Below are positions 25,165-32,783 of a stretch of 32,783 nt of DNA, piece after piece. Location of the stretch: contig CAZUDQ010000005.1 in the NCBI GenBank assembly GCA_964619365.1, positions 62,821 through 95,603 of the forward strand, written 5' to 3'. The stretch is from an uncultured archaeon (GTDB lineage: Archaea; Altiarchaeota; Altiarchaeia; JAFGQM01). A model generated the notes under the pieces. The model worked only from the letters and a program-made list of their open reading frames with translations, made no database searches and was not told the origin of the DNA. Position numbers and translations under genes: made by a program. The number at the start of each line of letters is the position of its first letter. Positions within the stretch are counted from its first letter, which is position 1.

Positions 25165-25758
25165 CTAGTCTTTGATACGCTTGGCGTCCATATGGCGTTC
25201 TACTGCCTCCTGAGCCTTCATGTATTTCCTTTGGTCGTGACGCATGGCAAGTTCTCCTGAAGGTTCGCGAACGAGTCCTTTTGCTATCCACCGCATCTCT
25301 TTTTCAGGAACTTCTGAACCAACATGGATCCAAATCGGCCGTTTGCCACGACCATCCATCTCATGGATGAGTATATCGTCTTTTGGCATGTAGAGTTCAG
25401 CTAGCTTTTGGGGGTCAGAACCAAATAAAGGTTCTCGCTTCACACCTTTGATATGTCCAAACGCCTGAGCCATATCAGCAATCATGATATTATGGCTGTC
25501 ACTAATTTTCTCGTTCTTTGGATTATAACCCATTGCGTTTTGCATCATCTTCTCTTCAACAGAAAGATCTGGATTGAGTTTTATCCGAGAAGGTAATTTA
25601 GGGGGGCTGTCTGGATCCCTCTTTTTCCATTCCTCATTATATATCTTAAGGAAGCGCTCGCGCCCTAGCTTTAAGTTCTTTTGCTGAGTTGCTGTAAGCT
25701 TAGAAGTAAGTTTTAATTTTGTGGGTTTTCTAGCCGTTTTTATATGGGGAACGGCCAT
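25165..25758 (-). CDS. Basic orphan protein, possible degenerate PD-(D/E)XK fold
   Basis: 197 aa from ATG 25758. The upstream GTG extension overlaps the DUF5679 gene and is unlikely. Confidence 0.65.
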   Translation of the reverse strand: MAVPHIKTARKPTKLKLTSKLTATQQKNLKLGRERFLKIYNEEWKKRDPDSPPKLPSRIKLNPDLSVEEKMMQNAMGYNPKNEKISDSHNIMIADMAQAFGHIKGVKREPLFGSDPQKLAELYMPKDDILIHEMDGRGKRPIWIHVGSEVPEKEMRWIAKGLVREPSGELAMRHDQRKYMKAQEAVERHMDAKRIKD

Positions 25759-25771
25759 TTCAAATGATTTA

Positions 25772-25805
25772 AGAAATAAAATAAAAGTGGCGGATTTTAA
25801 CCGCC
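25772..25805 (-). terminator. Hairpin plus T-rich tract after the DUF5679 gene
   Basis: Minus strand GGCGG-TTAAAAT-CCGCC-ACTTTTATTTTATTT, overlapping the stop codon. Confidence 0.45.
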
Positions 25806-25937
25806 GATTTTGTACATGCCTGTTCCACACTCTGGACAAGTTCCCTTCTTTGCGGGCTTTCCGTTCTTCATGGTAACAGACTCTTCATCCTTCATTTCCC
25901 TTTTTGCTTTGCATTTCACACAATAAGCTTCGGTCAT
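25797..25937 (-). CDS. DUF5679 zinc-ribbon small protein (46 aa, missed by the ORF track)
   Basis: MTEAYCVKCKAKREMKDEESVTMKNGKPAKKGTCPECGTGMYKIGG matches the AYCVKC..MKNG.P..KG.CP.CGT.M..IG signature. Confidence 0.9.
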   Translation of the reverse strand: MTEAYCVKCKAKREMKDEESVTMKNGKPAKKGTCPECGTGMYKIGG

Positions 25938-26020
25938 TTTTACACCTAAATTTGTATTTCCACCCCTTAAAGGCTTCTGTTATGTTAAAGGTATGGTATA
26001 TAAAAATCGTAGTTTGAGGA

Positions 26021-26073
26021 GAAAAAGGGATAAAAAAAGGAAAAATAAATAAATTTGGGGCTTTTTAGGCCCC
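26021..26073 (-). terminator. Hairpin plus long T-rich tract after ppdK
   Basis: Minus strand GGGGC-CTAAAAA-GCCCC followed by AAATTTATTTATTTTTCCTTTTTTT. Confidence 0.5.
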
Positions 26074-26084
26074 GTTTTTTGCGT

Positions 26085-28727
26085 TTACTGACAGCCACAG
26101 TCACATGAACTGCATTTGTTGCGTATTGCTGCCTGTGCTGCTGAAAGGCGTGCGATTGGCACTCTAAACGGGGAGCACGAAACATAGCTAAGTCCTGCCC
26201 TGTGGCAGAAATCAACTGACTCTGGCTCGCCGCCTTGTTCACCGCAGATTCCGACTTTAAGATCTGGACGCGTCGCACGACCCTTTTCAACTGCCATTTG
26301 TATAAGGACTCCAACACCTTCCTGATCAATGACCGCAAATGGGTCTGATTCAAGAATGCCGCGCTCTTTGTAGACTGGGATGAACTTCCCTGAGTCGTCA
26401 CGCGAGAATCCGAATGTCGTCTGAGTAAGGTCGTTTGTACCAAAAGAGAAGAACTCAGCTGATTCTGCCATCTTATCGGCCGTGATACAAGCTCTTGGAA
26501 GCTCAATCATCGTTCCGATTTTTATCTGGATATCAACGTTCTTTTCTTCTAGAACCTGCTTTGCCGTTGCTTCAACAACACCGCGCATTAGTTCCATTTC
26601 CTTTGCACTTTGGACAACAGGTATCATGACCTCAGGTGCTACGTCAATTCCTTTTGCCTTGATATTTATTGCCGCCTCAAAAATGGCGCGCGTCTGCATC
26701 TCAGCAATCTCTGGATAGACTATTGCCAGCCTGCAACCACGGAAACCAAGCATTGGGTTTATCTCGTGGAGACTTGCTACCATTGATTTTACTTCTTCAA
26801 CAGAGCGACCAGTCTGGTCTGCAACTTCTTTCATACCGTCTTCTGTTTGTGGCATGAACTCGTGGAGTGGCGGGTCTAAAAGACGTATTGTTACAGGACG
26901 CCCATCCATGAGTGTGAGAAGCTCTTCAAAGTCTGCTCTCTGGAAGGGAAGAAGCTCGTCAAGAGCCCCTCTGCGTCCTGCTTCGTCTTTTGCAAGAATC
27001 ATCTTTCTTACTGAAACAATCCTCTCACCTTCAAAGAACATATGCTCTGTTCTTGCTAGACCAATTCCTTCAGCGCCAAAGTCAAAAGCGACTTTTGCAT
27101 CTTTTGGAGTCTCTGCATTTGTTCTAACGCCAAGAGTCCTTACTTCATCAGCCCAAGTCATAAGTGTTTCAAATTCTCCTTGCATGACAGGGTCAATAAC
27201 GGGAGCTACTCCAAGTATTATTTCGCCTGTTGATCCATTAAGGGAAATCATATCCCCCTCATTTATCACGTTTGAACCTACTGTGAACTTCTTGTTTGCG
27301 TAATCGACTTTTACGTCCTCGGCTCCGGCAACACAACAAGTACCCATACCCCTTGCAACAACGGCCGCGTGGGAAGTCATTCCTCCTTTTGAAGTGAGGA
27401 TACCCTGAGCAACCGCCATTCCGTGGATGTCTTCGGGTGAAGTCTCGTTTCGCACGAGTACTACCTTTTCGCCCTTGTTTTCAACCCAGTCTTCTGCATC
27501 GTCAGCTGAGAAAACGACTTTTCCGACAGCTGCGCCTGGTGAGGCTGGAAGGCCTTTTGCGATTACATCGACATCTGCCTTTGTATCAATCTGCTTGTGG
27601 AGAAGCTGGTCAAGTGACTTGGCATCAACGCGCATTACTGCGGTTTCCTTGTCAATTAAACCTTCTCCTACCATCTCAACTGCGATTCTAATGGCGGCGG
27701 CGGCCGTTCTCTTTCCGTTTCTTGTCTGAAGGAGGAAAAGCCTGCCATCTTCGATTGTGAACTCCATGTCCTGCATGTCACGATAGTGATTTTCCATGCG
27801 ACTCATGATGTCTGTTAACTGCTTGTATGCCTCTGGCATCTCGGTTTCCATGTCTTCAAGGTGCTTTGGGGTTCTGATACCCGCAACAACATCTTCACCC
27901 TGCGCGTTGACAAGGTATTCGCCGTAGAACTTGTTTTCTCCAGTTGACGGGTCTCTTGTAAAGCAGACTCCTGTTGCCGAAGTGTCACCAAGGTTTCCAA
28001 AAGCCATTGATTGTACACTTACTGCAGTACCAAGAAGACCGCGAATATCATTTAGTTGCCTATATTTAATAGCGCGCGAATTGTTCCACGAGCCAAATAC
28101 GGCATCAATTGCCATTCTTAGCTGCTTCATGGGATCAAAGGGAAAATCTTCTCCTTTTTCTTCGCGAACAAGCTCTTTGTACTTTACAATGACCATCCTA
28201 AGGTCGCTTGCATCAAGATCAGTATCGAGTGTTACGCCTTTTGCCGACTTTACTTCTTCAAGCTTCTCTTCGAACTTGTGGTGCTCAATACCCATTACAA
28301 CATCGCCAAACATCTGCATGAAGCGGCGGTAAGCGTCAACTGCAAAGCGTTCGTTTCCAGACTTCTTTACAAGTCCTTCAACAGATTCGTCGTTAAGACC
28401 AAGGTTAAGGACTGTGTCCATCATACCTGGCATTGAAACTGCGGCTCCAGAGCGCACTGAAACTAAAAGCGGGTTTTCTGAGTCTCCAAGCTTCTTACCC
28501 ATCTTTGACTCAAGGTCTTTAACTGCAACCTTAAGCTTCTCATCAAAATCTTCTGGGTACGTTTCTCCGTTCTTGTAGTATTCCCCGCAGAGTTCTGTTG
28601 TAAGCGTGAATCCCGGTGGTACGGGCACTCCAAGAGATGTCATTTCCGCAAGGTTTGCGCCTTTCCCTCCAAGGAGAGGCTTCATTTCCTTGTTTCCTTC
28701 CTCAAATGCATATATGTATTTATCCAT
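26085..28727 (-). CDS. ppdK: Pyruvate, phosphate dikinase
   Basis: LGGKGANLAEM, LLVSVRSGA.VSMPGMMDT, GGMTSHAAVVARG (phospho-His), RTEHMF, FSFGTNDLTQ, GICGE.GG, SCSPFRVP. Confidence 0.98.
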   Translation of the reverse strand: MDKYIYAFEEGNKEMKPLLGGKGANLAEMTSLGVPVPPGFTLTTELCGEYYKNGETYPEDFDEKLKVAVKDLESKMGKKLGDSENPLLVSVRSGAAVSMPGMMDTVLNLGLNDESVEGLVKKSGNERFAVDAYRRFMQMFGDVVMGIEHHKFEEKLEEVKSAKGVTLDTDLDASDLRMVIVKYKELVREEKGEDFPFDPMKQLRMAIDAVFGSWNNSRAIKYRQLNDIRGLLGTAVSVQSMAFGNLGDTSATGVCFTRDPSTGENKFYGEYLVNAQGEDVVAGIRTPKHLEDMETEMPEAYKQLTDIMSRMENHYRDMQDMEFTIEDGRLFLLQTRNGKRTAAAAIRIAVEMVGEGLIDKETAVMRVDAKSLDQLLHKQIDTKADVDVIAKGLPASPGAAVGKVVFSADDAEDWVENKGEKVVLVRNETSPEDIHGMAVAQGILTSKGGMTSHAAVVARGMGTCCVAGAEDVKVDYANKKFTVGSNVINEGDMISLNGSTGEIILGVAPVIDPVMQGEFETLMTWADEVRTLGVRTNAETPKDAKVAFDFGAEGIGLARTEHMFFEGERIVSVRKMILAKDEAGRRGALDELLPFQRADFEELLTLMDGRPVTIRLLDPPLHEFMPQTEDGMKEVADQTGRSVEEVKSMVASLHEINPMLGFRGCRLAIVYPEIAEMQTRAIFEAAINIKAKGIDVAPEVMIPVVQSAKEMELMRGVVEATAKQVLEEKNVDIQIKIGTMIELPRACITADKMAESAEFFSFGTNDLTQTTFGFSRDDSGKFIPVYKERGILESDPFAVIDQEGVGVLIQMAVEKGRATRPDLKVGICGEQGGEPESVDFCHRAGLSYVSCSPFRVPIARLSAAQAAIRNKCSSCDCGCQ

Positions 28728-28738
28728 TTTGCAAAATG
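28725..28738. promoter_or_regulatory. Perfect 14-bp palindrome over the ppdK start codon
   Basis: CATTTTGCAAAATG equals its own reverse complement. Confidence 0.35.
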
Positions 28739-28896
28739 CAACTTATTTTATTTAAACTGGTTTGAATATGATAAAACCGATAAAATTCCTCTTAAATAAA
28801 GAATTTGTGGAATTAGAACGAGGGGCAATAAAAAGGCGAAATAAGAAGCCTTGTTTGGGCATCTTAAAACTGTGCAAAATTATTGAATAAATATGA

Positions 28897-29364
28897 TTAG
28901 TATGCTTTGCCTGATGAGGCTTCCCAAAGCTCGAATATCTTGGCGCATTCGTCCTTTAGAAACCCAGCAACAATCTCTATGTCATCACCACCGAGTTCCT
29001 TAAGCTGAGAATCATTTATCATAAGCTCGTTTAACCCTGCGTCCTTAGCGTCATGCGTGCTCGTGCCATAGGTTATCTTAGTAATCTTTGCCCAGTGAAT
29101 CGCAGTGAAACACATTGGGCAGGGTTCGGTTGTCGAAAAAATCTCGCAACCTGAAAGGTCATGAGTGCCTAGCTTTTTTGCCGCTTTTCGTATTGCATTT
29201 ATTTCGGCATGCGCAGTTGGATCCTTGTCTGTTATAACTGTGTTATGTTCGCATGAAAGTATCTTGCCATCCTTGACAACACATGCCCCAAAAGGACCTC
29301 CGCCATCGTTCAAGCCATCAATTGCGACATTAATCGCCTCGTGCATAAAATCCTTGTCGTCCAT
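28897..29364 (-). CDS. guaD: Nucleoside deaminase, CDA fold, probably GuaD-type guanine deaminase
   Basis: GGPFGA, DPTAHAEINAIR, EPCPMC..AIHWA. One-base TAATG overlap with purF. Confidence 0.8.
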   Translation of the reverse strand: MDDKDFMHEAINVAIDGLNDGGGPFGACVVKDGKILSCEHNTVITDKDPTAHAEINAIRKAAKKLGTHDLSGCEIFSTTEPCPMCFTAIHWAKITKITYGTSTHDAKDAGLNELMINDSQLKELGGDDIEIVAGFLKDECAKIFELWEASSGKAY

Positions 29365-30779
29365 TAAAGCCTCATCTGCCCCAGCTCATTAAGTCTGGTC
29401 TGCCTTGCCCGGATATCTGCAAGCTCTGTTGGGTACTCTTCATCAAGACATGCCATGCAAAGCGATTCCTTTGCTATCCCTATTGCAGCAACAAGGTTTT
29501 CTATTGTGTTATATGCCATAGAATCGACTCCTGTGAACTCTGCAATCTCCTCAACAGTCTTTTCGTTTGCAATAAACTGTTTGAATTGTTGCATATCAAC
29601 ACCATAAAAACAGGGAGCAACAATGGGTGGACAGGCAATTCTTAAGTGGATTTCTTTTGCTCCGGCTTCGTAAAGCATCTTTGCAATCTGTTTTATTGTT
29701 GTCCCGCGGACGATAGAATCATCAATAAGTACTATCCGCTTGCCCCTAATCTCCTCTCCGATTGGGATTAATTTTGTGCGGACTGCCCGCTCACGGTCTC
29801 CTTGCTCAGGCATGATAAAACTACGTCCAGCATAACGGTTTCTAAGGAGAATCTCTGTGTAGGGTACGCCACTTTCTTCTGAGTAACCTAGAGCCGCTGC
29901 AACCCCAGAGTAGGGCACTGCAGAAACAATATCGGCTTTTGCCGGAAAACTCCTTGCAAGCATACGCCCCATCTCTTTTCGGGACTTATACACAGAAACG
30001 CCGTTTAATGTAGAGTCAGGCCTTGCAAAATAAACATATTCAAACATACAATACGACTTGCGGTTTATCTTTGCTATGGAGTCTGAACTCATGCCATCTT
30101 TTGAGACTTTGATTATTTCGCCCGGCTTAACGTCCCTTACTACTTTTGAAGGGAGCATTGCAAAAGCACAGTCTTCGGAGGCAAAAGCATACCCATTTGG
30201 AAGATTGGCCATTAGAAGCGGTCTGAAGCCAAATGGGTCGCGGAATGCATAAATTGCTTCTTTTGTGAGTATTACACAGGAATAAGAACCATCAAGATAT
30301 CTTGCAGTATTTTTAATCGCCTTTATCATGTCGCCTTCTTTTTCGTATTCGTAGGCAATTATTTTTGACATGACTTCGGTGTCGGTTGTTGTCGCAAAAT
30401 TATGGCCGCGCTCAATCCAGTTCTCGCGAAGCGCCCAGTAATTGACAAGATTGCCGTTATGTGCTATTGCAAATTCTATTTTTCCTGATGATATGAATGG
30501 CTGAGCATTTTGTGCGCGAGATTCCCCTGATGTTGAGTATCTAACGTGACCAATGCCAGAATCACCAGGCAGTTCCAGAACGGATTTTTCATCAAAAATA
30601 CTTGAGACAAGTCCCATCCCCTTTGAAAGATTTATCTCGCCATTTGCACAGGTTGCAATGCCCGCTGATTCCTGTCCCCTGTGTTGCAAGGCAGAAAGAC
30701 CATAATAAATGTAGGTAGAGCAGTTGCTTTTGCCGAATATTCCAAAAACTCCGCATTCCTCCCGTGGACCAAAGGACAT
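29364..30779 (-). CDS. purF: Amidophosphoribosyltransferase
   Basis: Propeptide ..EE|CGVFG, LQHRGQESAG, GHVRYST, AHNGN, CMFEYVYFARPDS, LIDDSIVRGTT, PCFYG, CMAC. Confidence 0.97.
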   Translation of the reverse strand: MSFGPREECGVFGIFGKSNCSTYIYYGLSALQHRGQESAGIATCANGEINLSKGMGLVSSIFDEKSVLELPGDSGIGHVRYSTSGESRAQNAQPFISSGKIEFAIAHNGNLVNYWALRENWIERGHNFATTTDTEVMSKIIAYEYEKEGDMIKAIKNTARYLDGSYSCVILTKEAIYAFRDPFGFRPLLMANLPNGYAFASEDCAFAMLPSKVVRDVKPGEIIKVSKDGMSSDSIAKINRKSYCMFEYVYFARPDSTLNGVSVYKSRKEMGRMLARSFPAKADIVSAVPYSGVAAALGYSEESGVPYTEILLRNRYAGRSFIMPEQGDRERAVRTKLIPIGEEIRGKRIVLIDDSIVRGTTIKQIAKMLYEAGAKEIHLRIACPPIVAPCFYGVDMQQFKQFIANEKTVEEIAEFTGVDSMAYNTIENLVAAIGIAKESLCMACLDEEYPTELADIRARQTRLNELGQMRL

Positions 30780-30822
30780 ATCGCTAATTTTGAAGTATTA
30801 AGCAATAAAAGAAAAGACCTTC

Positions 30823-32783
30823 TTACTGCTTTTTATGACGTAAAATGACTAGAGTTGCAATCAAAATCAATAATGCTGCCACTACGCCGCTTAATATTAA
30901 GACATTTTCCTTTAGCATCTCAGTTATTAATTCAAACTCATCTCTTGCCGGCGACGCTGTGTCAAAGGTCATGTTCTTGACATAATCATCATAATCTACG
31001 ACCACATTCCACTCACCTATTTCAGACACTCGCATGCCTTCAAAATAATTAAGGGCGTTTCCGCCAGGGGATATCAATAGTATAACTGCACCGGAAATAA
31101 TGTTACCATCTTTATTGAATACCTCTATTAGGATTTCATCACCCACAAAGTCTCCACCAAGTACAGATATAATCAATTCAGAGTCATTAAGGTCTGTTGG
31201 ACATTCCATCAAAATACTGGAATCACCCTTGCAGTTACCCCCTTCACACGAACACTCGCACATGCGAGTCTTGAAGCCTGCGTCGCATTCTGACCAGGTA
31301 CCACATTCCCAGGAAGCCTCGCAGGATTCATTGATGCACTCATCAGATAACACGCCTGGGAGACATATACCTTCATCACAATAGTCACCAGTTGTACAGA
31401 TATCCCCGTCATCACAGGAGTTCCCGCTAAGAAGCTCTATTACGCAGATTCCGTCAATACAGGAAACATCGGTACATGGATTTGCATCAGTGCATACTAT
31501 GTCTCCACAAAGGTCGCACGCTCTTTCTGTCTCATGGTCGCCGCGGCAGTCATCGTCATCTGGACAACCACAATGGCAGTCTCGCGTCTGGACGCCGTTT
31601 GCGCACGCACTCCAGTCTCCGCAGTACCAATCCCTGCGACACGAGCCTGAAGGCGTCGGGCTCGTGCATGATATTGAAGCGCTTGTGGAGTCTGAGTCAC
31701 TTGCCGTCCCGTAGCTGTTATTGATACTTGCTGTAACACTGCGCGTAACAGTTGTTGTCGGACAGGAGACGCTCTGTGTGTATCGCGTCACGTTTGACTC
31801 GTTTATCCCCAGCTCCACTGTGAAATTAGCCGTCCATGAAGGGGCTATTGTGACGTTTGCCCCATATTCCCCTGTGTTTGTGACATTTATCGTCCAGGTA
31901 AGTGTTCCACGTAGTGAGAGTGAACTGGGAGATACTCTGATGACTGCTGAGACATTCTGGTCTGCTTCAAGCACGACAAATACTTCCTCATCACTTGACG
32001 CACTGTAGTTCTCGTTTCCGGCAGTAGAGCAGTTTATGTCGTGGTCACTGGGCAGGAGTGTATATGCGCCCTGCCCCCTTGGTGTGCCATCTATCCTTAG
32101 GACCGGGGTTAATCCGCTTGGAGTGACATTACAGGTGAAATTGACTGAGGTGTTAAATTCTACGGGGGATGATTCGTTAGTCTCAACTGATATTGTTGAG
32201 GCGGCCTTATTTATTGTGTAGCTTGTGGAGTTTGCCGCGCTTGTGTAGTTCTCTGACTCACTTAGCGTGCAGTTTATGTCGTGGTCATCTGCGGCTAAGG
32301 TTACCAGAGTCCCACTTACTGCCGGACTTCCGTCAATTGTGAGACTTGGTGTGCCAATCCCTGTGTCAATAGTACACGTCGGTGTTATTGCCGTGCCATA
32401 AGTCTGTGGTGAGGCTGGAACGACTGTTAGGTCTAGTTTTCCAACGGCTTTTGTTATTGTTATATTGGTTGAATTTGTCGCAGCCGAGTGAGTCGCTGAG
32501 GCCGCAGCATCGCATCTTATGAGGTGCTCGGTAGCTGAGATGTCTTGGGCGCCCTCTGAGACTATTTCGCCGTCGATTTTAAGGGTTGTGACTAGATCTC
32601 CTGGGTCGGGTGTGCAGGTAATTGAGAGGCTTTCTCCGTAGACTGTGGAACCTGCGATATTTATTGCGACACTTGAGTTTGCTAGACCAACGCTGTAACT
32701 CATCGAATCATTTGCCGCGTTGTAGTTACTTGATTCTGCTAGCGAGCAATTGAATTCATGAGTATCAACACTAAGAGTCGATC
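30823..32783 (-). CDS. 3' part of a large surface glycoprotein/adhesin: Ig-like repeats, thrombospondin-1-like and Cys-rich repeats, C-terminal TM
   Basis: The frame stays open beyond 32703 to the window edge (..HEFNCSLAESSNYNAANDSM). About 80-aa repeats; two W.CG.WS.C..G..TR.C motifs; C.D.NPCT and CDDGDICT repeats; many N-x-S/T sequons; TM followed by RHKKQ. Confidence 0.85.
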   Translation of the reverse strand, partial: STLSVDTHEFNCSLAESSNYNAANDSMSYSVGLANSSVAINIAGSTVYGESLSITCTPDPGDLVTTLKIDGEIVSEGAQDISATEHLIRCDAAASATHSAATNSTNITITKAVGKLDLTVVPASPQTYGTAITPTCTIDTGIGTPSLTIDGSPAVSGTLVTLAADDHDINCTLSESENYTSAANSTSYTINKAASTISVETNESSPVEFNTSVNFTCNVTPSGLTPVLRIDGTPRGQGAYTLLPSDHDINCSTAGNENYSASSDEEVFVVLEADQNVSAVIRVSPSSLSLRGTLTWTINVTNTGEYGANVTIAPSWTANFTVELGINESNVTRYTQSVSCPTTTVTRSVTASINNSYGTASDSDSTSASISCTSPTPSGSCRRDWYCGDWSACANGVQTRDCHCGCPDDDDCRGDHETERACDLCGDIVCTDANPCTDVSCIDGICVIELLSGNSCDDGDICTTGDYCDEGICLPGVLSDECINESCEASWECGTWSECDAGFKTRMCECSCEGGNCKGDSSILMECPTDLNDSELIISVLGGDFVGDEILIEVFNKDGNIISGAVILLISPGGNALNYFEGMRVSEIGEWNVVVDYDDYVKNMTFDTASPARDEFELITEMLKENVLILSGVVAALLILIATLVILRHKKQ

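Noticed and set aside
25759-25839. GTG-start extension of the 25165 ORF
   Set aside because: Overlaps the DUF5679 gene and its terminator. ATG 25758 is more plausible.
25985-26506. 173-aa minus-strand ORF overlapping the ppdK 3' end (possible frameshift extension)
   Set aside because: ppdK is complete in its own frame. The alternative frame has no motif and runs through the terminator.
28897-29364. Deaminase as tRNA adenosine deaminase TadA
   Set aside because: GGPFGA and AIHWA match GuaD-type enzymes, and TadA's EVPVGA and FFxxRR features are absent.
1-32783. Stop-codon recoding (Sec/Pyl or an alternative code)
   Set aside because: All conserved genes are full length in the standard code, and TAA, TAG and TGA all act as stops.

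Overview
Archaeal chromosomal window, shown by TFB, topoisomerase VI A/B, geranylgeranyl reductase, XPD, DUF2070, archaeal-type tRNAs and BRE/TATA promoters. It is gene-dense and uses the standard genetic code. The mix of housekeeping genes, very basic orphan proteins and large Cys-rich surface proteins suggests a DPANN-type lineage (inference only). Contents in order: a cluster of small membrane proteins including a tail-anchored SNARE-like coiled coil, DUF429, ferredoxin-GGR-PLD, an HPF-like protein, SSB, two tandem BASS transporters, top6B/A, tRNA-Asn, AIM24, an atypical CPA2 antiporter with a CBS partner, a methyltransferase, tRNA-Asp, a surface protein, RdgB/HAM1, a radical SAM protein, an FMN-binding protein, TFB, XPD, DUF2070, DUF5679, ppdK, guanine deaminase, purF and a second surface protein. 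Three real genes are missing from the ORF track (ferredoxin 2486-2659, DUF5679 25797-25937, a repeat-containing partial gene 1-94). No CRISPR array, integrase or transposase was seen. Best leads: the Qc-SNARE-like protein and its membrane neighbours, basic-leader orphans with degenerate enzyme folds, a 13-bp element shared by both tRNA promoters, and the motif-altered antiporter. All family calls come from motif recognition by eye, not database searches.
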